A DNA stretch of 40,631 nucleotides from the sequence record SRR2962707_2057. One strand, given 5' to 3'. Positions 9,610-18,769 of this stretch are shown piece by piece; within the stretch, counting starts at the first letter, position 1; every line of letters begins with the position of its first letter. A model generated the notes under the pieces. The model was not told where the DNA came from. It was given only the letters and a program-made list of their open reading frames with translations, and searched no databases. Made by a program: the position numbers and the translations under genes.

Positions 9610-11070
9610 TCAGGTCCGGCCAAACTCATCCTCGATCCGTACGATGTCATCCTCGCCCAGATACGAGCCCGTCTGAACCTCGACCAGCTCGAGCAGGATT
9701 TTCCCGGGGTTGGAGAGACGGTGCAATTCGCCTTGCGGAATGTAGATGCTTTCATTCTCCTGCAGCGTCAAAACGTCTTCGCCAAGCTGCACTTCGGCGG
9801 TCCCACGCACCACGACCCAGTGCTCGGAGCGATGGAAATGCTTTTGCAGACTCAACCGCTTACCCGGCTTGACGAACAGACGCTTGACCTGAAAACGCTC
9901 GCCATTGAGCACCGATGAATATCCGCCCCAGGGGCGATAGCTCGTCTGGTGCGTTTCGGTCAAATTCTGGGTAGCGGGGTCGGCCTTGAGGCGCTTGACG
10001 ATATCGCCAACCGATTGCGCCGCCGACAACCGGCCGACATAGATCGCATCTTCGCTTGCCAGAACTGCAATGTCGTCCAGCCCGTCGACGACGACATGGT
10101 GTTTTTCGGAAATGACCAGCGAACCCGACATGGCGTTGAGGGTAACCTTTCCCATTCCCAGATTGTCGTGCTCGTCGCGCGATCCGCTCTTCCACACTGC
10201 GTCCCAGGACCCGAGGTCCGACCAGTCGATCGGGGCCGGCACCACAGCCGCAAGCTTCGTTTTTTCAAACACCGCATAATCGACGGAAATGCTCGGAGAC
10301 CGTGAAAAGGCCTCGGCATCGAGGCGGTGGAAATCGAAGTCCTGCACCGCTTTGTTGACAGCGTCGAAAGCTGCCGCGTGAACTTCGGGGACCAGCTTTT
10401 GGCATTCCTCGAGGAAAACGGAGGCTTTGAACAAAAACATGCCCGAGTTCCAGTAATAGGATCCCGTCGCGATCATTTCGGCCGCGCTGTCGGCGTCCGG
10501 TTTTTCGACGAACCTGCGGACGTCGTGGGCGCCCGAAGGCAGCGGATCGCCAGCCTCGATATAGCCAAACCCGGTAGCCGGCTCGAACGGCTCGATGCCA
10601 AACGTTGCCAGTCGCCCGGCAAGCGCCGCGGCTTCGGCAACATCGAGCGCATGGATGTAGGCATCATCGACCTTGATCCGGTGGTCGGAAGGAAGAACGT
10701 GAACAAGCACGTCGTCCGACTTGTCCGCCGCCAGCACACTGGCCGCGGCGATGGCAGGGGCCGTATTGCGGGCAACCGGTTCAAGCACGATCCGCACGGC
10801 CTCCACGCCCACCTCCTGCGCCTGTTCAGCCACCAGAAAGCGATAAAGCTCGTTGGTAACAATGATCGGAGCATCGTAGCGCGGGTCCCGGCTCAACCGC
10901 AGCAAGGTCTCCTGCAACAGGCTGTGCTCGCCGGTCAGCGCCAGGAACTGCTTGGGCCGTGCCGTGCGCGAGATCGGCCAGAGCCTTGTGCCGGTTCCTC
11001 CGGCCAGAACGACGGGAACGATGCGCTTTCGGCCGTCAGATGCCCCGTTTTTTCCATCGGTATCGGTCAT
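9610..11070 (-). CDS. manC: Bifunctional mannose-1-phosphate guanylyltransferase / mannose-6-phosphate isomerase
   Basis: LAGGTGTRLWPISR..PKQF, EPVARNTAPA, FVEKP, WNSGMF, WSDLGSW, C-terminal cupin RPWG...LSLQKHFHRSEHW. Confidence 0.95.
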   Translation of the reverse strand: MTDTDGKNGASDGRKRIVPVVLAGGTGTRLWPISRTARPKQFLALTGEHSLLQETLLRLSRDPRYDAPIIVTNELYRFLVAEQAQEVGVEAVRIVLEPVARNTAPAIAAASVLAADKSDDVLVHVLPSDHRIKVDDAYIHALDVAEAAALAGRLATFGIEPFEPATGFGYIEAGDPLPSGAHDVRRFVEKPDADSAAEMIATGSYYWNSGMFLFKASVFLEECQKLVPEVHAAAFDAVNKAVQDFDFHRLDAEAFSRSPSISVDYAVFEKTKLAAVVPAPIDWSDLGSWDAVWKSGSRDEHDNLGMGKVTLNAMSGSLVISEKHHVVVDGLDDIAVLASEDAIYVGRLSAAQSVGDIVKRLKADPATQNLTETHQTSYRPWGGYSSVLNGERFQVKRLFVKPGKRLSLQKHFHRSEHWVVVRGTAEVQLGEDVLTLQENESIYIPQGELHRLSNPGKILLELVEVQTGSYLGEDDIVRIEDEFGRT

Positions 11071-12494
11071 CGGTTACCTCTAGCGTTCAAATGTGTGGCC
11101 AGTCTGGCAATCATGGCGGAAAGCAGGGCCTGTGTTGCTTGTGCGCTGCCGGTCTCGACGTAACACCTGAGTTCAGGTGCATTTCCCGACCGCCTGAAGT
11201 GGATGACGTCCCCACGCGCGGTAATCAACCGCGTGCCATCCGTCGTGTCGATTGTTTTGGGCTCGGCAAGGCTCTCGTCAAAACTGGCGCGCAGTTCGGC
11301 CGATCGGGCCAGCTCCTCGATCAATGCTCCAGCGTCGTCGGGCTGAATGTCTTTCAGCCGATCCGCCCTCATCACCCGAGCCGGCAGCTCCGCAACCAGA
11401 TCGCCGACCGAAACATCGCGCCGCGCCGCCTCGGCCAGAACCACAATGACGGGCAACAGCGCATCCCGCGTTGGCAGGCGCTTGAGCCGCCCGTGCGCGA
11501 GCTCGAAATCGCACCCCAGGAGAAAGCCGCCATTGGCCTCGAAACCAACGACCCCATCGGCGCCAAGCTGCGCCATTTCCTCAACGACATAGGGCGATCC
11601 GATCCGTGTCCGGCTTATGGTCTCAAACCATCCGCTTTCTTCGAGTGCGCTGGTCGACGTGAGCGGCGTCACCACCGCTTTGGCCGCAAGAATCCGGGCG
11701 GTCAGCGCCCCCAGCACATCACCACTGACTTGAGAGCCACCGGCATCCACAAGCAATGGACGGTCACCATCGCCATCCATGGAGACCACGGCATCAAATT
11801 GCCCTGCCGCCAGCGCCTCGTGAATTTGCGCCATGGCGGAAGGCTCGACAGCCTCGGTATCGACGGCAACGAAAACCTCGCTCCGCCCCACACTGGTGCA
11901 GGATGCGCCCAACGCCTCGAGCGCATTGAAAAGAATGTCCCGCCCCACCGCCGAGTGCTCGAAAACCGCAATGCTCAACCCGGCCAGCGCGTGTGGAGAA
12001 AAGGCGTCTGTATATCGGGCCGCGTACTCATCCCGCGCAGCCGGATCTTCGTGCGGAAGGAACGGCTCAAAGTCAGGGCTCGCCTCAGAAAGCGCCTTCG
12101 CGGCCACCCTGATGGGCTCCTCATCGCTCTTGAGCAGTTCACCATCGGGGCGATAGAATTTAAGGCCGTTGTAATCGGGCGGAATATGGCTACCCGTCAC
12201 CATGATCGCAGCAATGCCGCGCTTGAGCGCGTAGGCCGCGAGCGCCGGCGTCGGCACAGCGCCGGCGTTGATCGGTTTCCAGCCCAGCGCCGTGAGCGCG
12301 CCGCCGACCAGCGCGGCGATCTGGGGACTGGACGCCCGCAGGTCACGGCCGATCACGACCTCTCTGCTGCGCGCATCGGTGCAAGCGGTTTCAACAAAGC
12401 CCCCGATATGGGCAAAGACCACATCGCGGGTAAAACCGTCCGAAAGCCCCCTCAGACCGGAGGTTCCGAAACTCACAGCAGGCGGTAATGACAT
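11067..12494 (-). CDS. manB: Phosphomannomutase
   Basis: FGTSGLRG, TGSHIP phosphoserine loop, DGDGDRP metal loop, GFEANGG, SGNAPELRCY. Confidence 0.93.
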   Translation of the reverse strand: MSLPPAVSFGTSGLRGLSDGFTRDVVFAHIGGFVETACTDARSREVVIGRDLRASSPQIAALVGGALTALGWKPINAGAVPTPALAAYALKRGIAAIMVTGSHIPPDYNGLKFYRPDGELLKSDEEPIRVAAKALSEASPDFEPFLPHEDPAARDEYAARYTDAFSPHALAGLSIAVFEHSAVGRDILFNALEALGASCTSVGRSEVFVAVDTEAVEPSAMAQIHEALAAGQFDAVVSMDGDGDRPLLVDAGGSQVSGDVLGALTARILAAKAVVTPLTSTSALEESGWFETISRTRIGSPYVVEEMAQLGADGVVGFEANGGFLLGCDFELAHGRLKRLPTRDALLPVIVVLAEAARRDVSVGDLVAELPARVMRADRLKDIQPDDAGALIEELARSAELRASFDESLAEPKTIDTTDGTRLITARGDVIHFRRSGNAPELRCYVETGSAQATQALLSAMIARLATHLNARGNR

Positions 12495-12536
12495 CGTTGC
12501 CCCCCGGTCTTACGTTTGCCGCCAGCTCAGGGCTGT

Positions 12537-14684
12537 TTAGCCTTCGTAATATCCATCGTAATTTTTTCCATAGCGCGACTGGCTCCGCACCTGCTGGTTG
12601 AGTATGGCGAGCATCGGCGCTTCGGGATTTTTTGCCTGATCGAGACGGCCCAGAGCATTGCGCACCTCGGCCTGGGCGGTCGAGGACCACCGCACGACAA
12701 AGACCACAGCGTCAGCATACTGGGATAGATAGAGCCCGTCGACGACCGGAAGGACCGGGGGTGTATCGAGAATGACCACCTCGAAATTCTTGACCGCGGC
12801 AGCGATCAGACGCGCAAACGCCTCGCTGGTAATCAGCTGATCGGTGGGTATGTCGGAGCGCTTGGATCCCACAACCACGCTCAGGCCGGTATCTTCGTCC
12901 TGCAAAATGATCGAAGAAAGCGATTCGCCCTCGGTTCGCCCCGCCAGATATTCGAACAGCCCGAATTCGGATTCGATGCCCAGATTCTTGTGGATGGCCG
13001 GTCGCCGAAGATCGCAATCGATGATCAGCGTCTTCTTGCCCGATTGCGCATAGGCCCGCGCCAGAGACAGCGCCACTGTCGTCTTACCCTCATCGGGCAC
13101 CGACGACGACACCATGACGACAACGCCGTTTCCATCGGGACCCTTGAGCGTCATGGGACCCGCATCGGCTCCCCTGACCCTGCGCAGATGCTGATCCACA
13201 ACCGCCCTGGCCCTCCGTATGGACTCGGAAAACTGCGACAGGGGCGCCGATATCAAAGTCTCGGCGGCCGACTGCGCATCGGCATTGAGCCGCTGGAGCG
13301 GAATGTCTCCGATCACCGGCAGGCGCGTCACCAGATTGAGCTGGCTCTCGCTGGTAAAACCGCCAACGAAGTTTTCATAGACAAAGGCGAGCCCGATCCC
13401 GAGGCCGAGCCCTGCAAACCCTGCCATCAGCAGGATGAGTTGCGGGTTGGGAAAGGCCGGACTCGCCGGCGGCAGGGCGCGGGAAACGATCCGGCTGTCG
13501 GCAATCTGAAGTTCGGACTGAACCTGCAGGTCGGCTGAGCGCGCCAGAAGCGACTGATATTGCGTGCGGGCAAGGTCGGCCGATTGCTGGAACTCATAGA
13601 GTTGGGTCAGAACGTCGACTGGCAAATCCGAAGACAGGACATCGGACCGCATCTGCTGGCGCAGGCCGCTGGCCCGGTCGTCAAGCTCGGCGACCTGCGA
13701 GCGCAGGTCTGTCAACGCCTGATCGGCGCGCTCGGCCATGGCCGCTTCGACCGACGCCAGTTCCTGGCGCAGATTGATCGCCGCCGGAGAACCCGAACCG
13801 GCGCCGGAAAGATCGGCTGCCAGGGTCTGGCGCTGTGCGTCCAGTTCGGCAAGCGCATCTGACTCCAATTGCGCCACAAGGCTGGACCAGTCACGCGACG
13901 CCGCCGCCTGGCTCACCGTCTGGCTCAGAGCCTGCAACTCTTCGCGCGAACCGGTGATCGACTGCAGGTCGTCGCGCAGGTCCGCGACCGAGCTTCCCGG
14001 CTCAGCCGCCAACTGATCGATATTTTGGTTGATGAAGGAATCGAACTGCTCTTCGGACCGCCCGATATTTTCGCGGGCAAGCTGCAGCCGGGCATCAAGA
14101 ACCTCGCGGGCGGCGAGAACGCCCTCGATCTTGGACTGCATCTGATCCTGAATGTAGGCCTCGGCCACTGTATTGGCCAGTTCCGCGGCCTTTTGAGGTT
14201 GTTCGGAGCGAGCCTGCACCGAGATCAGATAGGTCAGCCCCCGCCGTTGAACCGAGACCGCGGCCTTGACCCGGTTGAGCACGCTTTGCACCGCCGCATC
14301 GCCTTGCGGCAGGTCGGCATCGCCAAGGCGGAGGAACGCCAGCACCTGTTCGCGCAACCCCAGCCTTACGCCAAACTCATCATCCGACAGCAATCGTTGC
14401 CTGTCGATAACATTGAGGAGAACGGTGTCGGAGCGCAGAATTTCCACTTCCGAATCCACCCGCGCATTTTCGGACGACGCACTGGAGACCTGCGCATCGG
14501 GATCGATGAGTGCGTTGCGCGATGTGTCGACCAGAATGAGCGTGGAAGCCGAATAGATCGGTGTCAGGGCGAAAAGTGCGATGCCGGCGATACCAAGGCA
14601 GACGACGAGCGTGGCCATGATCAAGCTCGCCCGCCGTCGCAGCAGGTTCAGAATACCCCGAACATCGATTTCTTGATCTTCCAT
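12537..14684 (-). CDS. wzc: Polysaccharide co-polymerase / BY-kinase (Wzc/ExoP-like)
   Basis: Two TMs flanking a coiled-coil periplasmic domain; Walker A SSVPDEGKTT, A' IDCDLRRP, B ILDTPP; Tyr-rich tail RYGKNYDGYYEG. Confidence 0.92.
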   Translation of the reverse strand: MEDQEIDVRGILNLLRRRASLIMATLVVCLGIAGIALFALTPIYSASTLILVDTSRNALIDPDAQVSSASSENARVDSEVEILRSDTVLLNVIDRQRLLSDDEFGVRLGLREQVLAFLRLGDADLPQGDAAVQSVLNRVKAAVSVQRRGLTYLISVQARSEQPQKAAELANTVAEAYIQDQMQSKIEGVLAAREVLDARLQLARENIGRSEEQFDSFINQNIDQLAAEPGSSVADLRDDLQSITGSREELQALSQTVSQAAASRDWSSLVAQLESDALAELDAQRQTLAADLSGAGSGSPAAINLRQELASVEAAMAERADQALTDLRSQVAELDDRASGLRQQMRSDVLSSDLPVDVLTQLYEFQQSADLARTQYQSLLARSADLQVQSELQIADSRIVSRALPPASPAFPNPQLILLMAGFAGLGLGIGLAFVYENFVGGFTSESQLNLVTRLPVIGDIPLQRLNADAQSAAETLISAPLSQFSESIRRARAVVDQHLRRVRGADAGPMTLKGPDGNGVVVMVSSSVPDEGKTTVALSLARAYAQSGKKTLIIDCDLRRPAIHKNLGIESEFGLFEYLAGRTEGESLSSIILQDEDTGLSVVVGSKRSDIPTDQLITSEAFARLIAAAVKNFEVVILDTPPVLPVVDGLYLSQYADAVVFVVRWSSTAQAEVRNALGRLDQAKNPEAPMLAILNQQVRSQSRYGKNYDGYYEG

Positions 14685-14723
14685 AATCTTCCCAGATTCG
14701 CGAAAGAGGCGGGCAATCAGCAG

Positions 14724-15539
14724 CTAATTGTGCTGGCTCGGTTCCGATTGTTCAATGATTATCGGCTCTTGACCAGACCTTAGACATACAGCCGTCAGGC
14801 GGCCGCTCATATAGGCACCCGTGTCGATAGCAATCCGTCCGCGCGTTACCAGCGGACGTTCGACAATTGTGTGACCATGCACCACGCAATAGCCGGACTC
14901 TAACTCGTTATCCCCGGCCGCGTCTGTCTCATGACGGAACCAGCGCAGGTCCTGATCGGTCTGGTCCTCGGGGGCTATTCCGGGCCGCAGCCCCGCATGA
15001 ACCAGCACATAGCCCGGAACGCGGATCATGACCGGCAGGTCCGAGAGAAATTGAATGTGCTCGCGCGGTATATAGGCTTCGAGCACAGCGCGATTGGTAT
15101 CCCAGCTGCGCGCGGCGGGATCGAGCTGGGAAATGCTCACGCCGTAGGACGCCAGGGTTTCTACGCCGCCGAACCGGCACCACCACTCAAGGGCCTCGGC
15201 GCTTTCAAACGCTTCGAGCATGGCCTGTTCGTGATTGCCCGACAGACAGAACCTGCGAAAGCCCCATTTCGAAGGCTTGAGGAGATGGTCTATGACCTGG
15301 GCGGAAGACGGGCCGCGATCCACCACGTCGCCGACCAGGACCACCCACACATCCTCGTTTACAACGCCCGCATGGCCCGCGATCTGTTCCTCGATGGATT
15401 CGAGCAGATCCAGGCGGCCATGAACGTCACCGATAACATACAGCGCCCGGGGAAAATTGGCGCTGGATAGCCGCGCCGCACCCTGCCGGGCGCTTTCCGG
15501 GCCCGAAGTACCGAAAATGCGGGCGAACAGCTGTCTCAT
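14724..15539 (-). CDS. PPP-family metallophosphoesterase (PrpA/lambda-phosphatase-like)
   Basis: GDVHG, GDVVDRG, GNHE, VHAG, HGHT and IDTG motifs. ATG at 15539 overlaps the upstream TGA. Confidence 0.88.
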   Translation of the reverse strand: MRQLFARIFGTSGPESARQGAARLSSANFPRALYVIGDVHGRLDLLESIEEQIAGHAGVVNEDVWVVLVGDVVDRGPSSAQVIDHLLKPSKWGFRRFCLSGNHEQAMLEAFESAEALEWWCRFGGVETLASYGVSISQLDPAARSWDTNRAVLEAYIPREHIQFLSDLPVMIRVPGYVLVHAGLRPGIAPEDQTDQDLRWFRHETDAAGDNELESGYCVVHGHTIVERPLVTRGRIAIDTGAYMSGRLTAVCLRSGQEPIIIEQSEPSQHN

Positions 15540-16936
15540 TGGCGTTTTTGCCGCCGCCCGTATTGGGTGACGCCGGCCAGTCCCAGCGCCAGCAAAGCTG
15601 TAAAAAACAGCGCGTTCGCCTCCATTTCCAGCGAAAAATCGACCAGAGAATGCAGCGCGGCCGTTACAATGATGCCAAGCGAGGCCAGTGGCAGCACCCA
15701 ATCGGACTTGCGGCGGATAACCAGTTGGATACAGCGCAACCCTATGCCCAGAACGACAAGCAGCGGTATGGAACCAAAGATCACGCCATACTCCACCCAC
15801 AGCGCCAGATAGGTCGAATGGGTCTTGTTCCACACAAGGTCCGGGCTGACCGGCAGCGCGTGAAACAAGGGGAACGCCGCCTCGAAACTCCCCCCGCCAA
15901 AACCAAGCAATGGCCGTGAGGCAATCATCTCGATCACCTGGCTGTAGAGCGCAAAGCGCACATCAAAGCTTTGCTCGACACTGCCCAGCCGGTCCAGCGT
16001 GCCCGAGCCGAAAAGCACGGTCATGGCGATCGCCAACCCCACGCCCAGGACGACCATAAGCACTGAAAGCCGCGGCTGGCGCCGGCCGAGCTTGATAACG
16101 AACCCTATGGCCACCACGACGCTGCCGGCCAGCCCAGCGGCGAGCCCCATGCGCGATTGTGTCGAATAAAGAGCGATGATGAGAAACGACAGACCAACGA
16201 GCAGGAACATGACGTTGGCAATCGGGATCTGCCGGCTGTTGGCAGCCTTTTCAACGGTCTGCGCGGCAAGGGCGGTGCCCAGAACCAGCCCGAACGCCAT
16301 GAAGGTGGCGTAGGAATTGCGATTGACGAAGGTGCCCGTCGCCGACCCCAGATACGCCCATTTCTCGAGGAAAAGCAGCGTGTCGCCGAACTGCGTCAGC
16401 GCCAGAAGCCCATAGATCGCGTGTGCTACGATCACCCAGAAGAGCGCCGCTGCAATAAACCGTGCCCGCTCGCGGTTGGCGCTGACCTGCAGGACGAGGA
16501 AGAAGAAGACCGCCAGCGTCAGAAACTGGATCAGGCTGTGGAATGTCGAGCCGGGCGCAATCGACAGCGTGGATGAAACCACCTGCGTGCCCGGGGCAAC
16601 AAAAACCGTGCTCACCGGCACGATGAACTGGACGACCGCATAAAGGCACAGCAGGGCCCACAGCCCGGTCAGGACCGGAATATCGGACAGGGCAACCCGG
16701 AAGTTCTCGCGCCGCCAGAGCATCAGGATGCCATAAGCAATGCCCCCGCCCCCGATCAGCGCCGCATTGATCGCCCAGAAGATTGGCCGGTTGGCGCCCA
16801 GCGGGATGGGAGCCAGAAAGAGAAACGCGATCAGGCCCATGGCAAGGATGTGATTGAGCCGCGCCTGTCCCTGGCTGCGGCGATTCCCGCCCGAGGAGGC
16901 TCTCGTAATCTCAAATCCGGAAACGTCGATCGCCAT
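15536..16936 (-). CDS. O-antigen ligase family membrane protein (WaaL/O-OTase/Wzy_C-like)
   Basis: Multi-TM; GTFVNRN, TQSRMG, PLLGFGGGSF, KTHSTYL..VEYG (conserved His), HSLVDFSL. Confidence 0.8.
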   Translation of the reverse strand: MAIDVSGFEITRASSGGNRRSQGQARLNHILAMGLIAFLFLAPIPLGANRPIFWAINAALIGGGGIAYGILMLWRRENFRVALSDIPVLTGLWALLCLYAVVQFIVPVSTVFVAPGTQVVSSTLSIAPGSTFHSLIQFLTLAVFFFLVLQVSANRERARFIAAALFWVIVAHAIYGLLALTQFGDTLLFLEKWAYLGSATGTFVNRNSYATFMAFGLVLGTALAAQTVEKAANSRQIPIANVMFLLVGLSFLIIALYSTQSRMGLAAGLAGSVVVAIGFVIKLGRRQPRLSVLMVVLGVGLAIAMTVLFGSGTLDRLGSVEQSFDVRFALYSQVIEMIASRPLLGFGGGSFEAAFPLFHALPVSPDLVWNKTHSTYLALWVEYGVIFGSIPLLVVLGIGLRCIQLVIRRKSDWVLPLASLGIIVTAALHSLVDFSLEMEANALFFTALLALGLAGVTQYGRRQKRQ

Positions 16937-17650
16937 CTAGGCTCCTGCCCCCATGGTGCGGGCTTCCGCACGCACAACGGCAACAAACCGCTGCTGGATT
17001 TCGTCGGGAAGCGTTTCGACAACTGCGGTGACGCGTTCGCGAAATTCCGGATTGGCAACATATCGCGCGGCAATCGATCTGATGCCCCGCCGCGATTGTG
17101 CAAGAAGCGCCAGATCGGCCAGATGGCCCGTCCCTGCATACGCCTCAAGCGCGGCATAATGTGTCTCGGCAACGCCCACGCGCCGCTCGGCAAGCCATTG
17201 TTCGTTGGGGCCCACTGCCTGCGAGCGTTCAAGGGCAGCAACGGCCATGTCGGCCTCCCCCAGCGCGAAACGGGCAAGAGCCTCGATATAATAGCCATAG
17301 CTGTGGCTGGGCATTTGGGAAACCGAAGTCCGCGCTGTCTCGATACAGGAATTGGCCACCGCCGACATGCGGGCGGTCGGGGCCAGGTAGAACGACAGCC
17401 GGGTCATCGTTTGATCGCAGATTTCAAGCGCGACATTGGTACCGAACGTCGACGGCGGAACCGGCGCCGGTTCATTTGTGAGCCGTTCAAAGATTTCCGA
17501 ACGCGGCACAAATGAAAAATTAAAGGGCGCAATCTCACGCGCAACAAGATACGCCCCCGACGATCCAAGAATCAGGGTAAAAACGATCAGGGTCAGGCCG
17601 TTGAAATATGACGCCATCGAACACGCGCAAAACCCATAATTCGAAATCAT
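16937..17650 (-). CDS. Hypothetical membrane-anchored alpha-helical (TPR-like) protein
   Basis: One N-terminal hydrophobic helix, then a helical domain with TPR-like YYIEALARFALGEADMAVAALERSQAVGP. Abuts the ligase start. Alternative start at 17617. Confidence 0.6.
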   Translation of the reverse strand: MISNYGFCACSMASYFNGLTLIVFTLILGSSGAYLVAREIAPFNFSFVPRSEIFERLTNEPAPVPPSTFGTNVALEICDQTMTRLSFYLAPTARMSAVANSCIETARTSVSQMPSHSYGYYIEALARFALGEADMAVAALERSQAVGPNEQWLAERRVGVAETHYAALEAYAGTGHLADLALLAQSRRGIRSIAARYVANPEFRERVTAVVETLPDEIQQRFVAVVRAEARTMGAGA

Positions 17651-17869
17651 GTGCAGATCGACGGCATCGGGTCAAGCGCCAAGAACAAACGGAGCCAGGC
17701 CTGATAAGGGCACAGCTCGCTCCTCCTGCATTTGCATCAAATTGTACTCAAACAATCGACAAGTTTGAAATTGGCGGGCGTCAGGATGGGGTCAACAGAG
17801 AATTTTGCGTCCGCTGGGGTCCTGGATGGAGCCTTCGGCCGCTCGCCTGACCTGGAGAAGCCACCGATT

Positions 17870-18448
17870 ATGCGTATCGTGTCCATCGTTCTCGGCGCCG
17901 TTTTGACGCTCACCGCCGCCGCGGCCCCCGCTCTCGCCCAGACGCTCCAACCCTCCAGTCACACCGGCCCGTCGGGATCGGTCATGCGGATCACCACGTC
18001 ATCGACAACCGCGGCACCGCTCGGCCTGCAGATCTTCTGCATGACGGCGCCAACCCATTGCGCTTCGGCGCCCGCCACCCAGCTGCAGATGGACTCCGGT
18101 CTCATGAGCGTGCTCAATTCGGTCAACCGCTCGGTCAACACTTCGATCCGTCCCCAAAGGCGCACCACTCAGGTCTGGACGATCGGCGCCCGGGTAGGCG
18201 ACTGCAAGGATTACGCAATGAACAAGCGTGCCCAGCTGATCGCCCGCGGCGTGCCCGCCGGCGCCCTGCGCCTGGCCATCGGCTTTACCGCCCGCGGCGA
18301 GGGCCACGCAGTGCTCGTCGTGCGCACCGATCAGGGTGACTTTGTGCTCGACAACCTCACCAGCCAGATCAAGCCCTTCAACCAGACCGGCCACACCCTC
18401 CTCGCCATGTCGTCCAACGACCCCAAGCGCTGGAATGCAATCTCTTGA
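17870..18448 (+). CDS. Transglutaminase-like cysteine peptidase (BTLCP/LapG family), exported
   Basis: RBS ggagaag, signal peptide MRIVSIVLG...ALAQ, Cys-His-Asp triad motifs GDCKDY, GHAVL and VLDN. Confidence 0.85.
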   Translation: MRIVSIVLGAVLTLTAAAAPALAQTLQPSSHTGPSGSVMRITTSSTTAAPLGLQIFCMTAPTHCASAPATQLQMDSGLMSVLNSVNRSVNTSIRPQRRTTQVWTIGARVGDCKDYAMNKRAQLIARGVPAGALRLAIGFTARGEGHAVLVVRTDQGDFVLDNLTSQIKPFNQTGHTLLAMSSNDPKRWNAIS

Positions 18449-18703
18449 GCCCTAAAAGGTGTGCGACGTCGCTAGAACTGCCACCGATAGGCAAACTCTT
18501 TCCTGTGCGGGAGGGGTTACGAACTTCACAACTGCAATGCTCATAGGGAATCACCCGAGCGGTTGCCGGCGCCCAATCGAGAACTGATTCGCCATTGAAG
18601 ATCGGAAGGCAGATTTAGGAGCGAACTATGGCGTAAATGCCGTCATCTGGCCCCTAAATACCTCAAGCACCGGTCAGCACCGCTGCGGCTGCCTATCGTA
18701 CGC

Positions 18704-18733
18704 CTTGCATGGAGCCCCACCCTCCATCTATTA
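18704..18733 (+). promoter_or_regulatory. Putative sigma70-type promoter of the pse operon
   Basis: CTTGCA-N18-CTATTA resembles the rhizobial CTTGAC-N17-CTATAT consensus, 36 nt before the pseB ATG. Confidence 0.3.
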
Positions 18734-18769
18734 AGCATCAATCCTAATTGACGAACCGCAGTTGAGACA

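Noticed and set aside
10959-12488. 509-aa plus-strand ORF
   Set aside because: Antisense to the well-supported manB; no recognisable domain.
12481-12488. ggcggtaa, similar to an ops/JUMPstart element
   Set aside because: Lies inside manB on the non-coding strand and mismatches the consensus.
15540-15833. N-terminal extension of the phosphatase ORF (369-aa version)
   Set aside because: Overlaps the ligase gene in another frame; the ATGA coupling at 15536-15539 gives the more plausible start.
18485-18525. GGCAAAC followed by a stem, reminiscent of a c-di-GMP-I riboswitch
   Set aside because: Lacks the GNRA tetraloop, the GACGCAAA junction and the second hairpin with its receptor.
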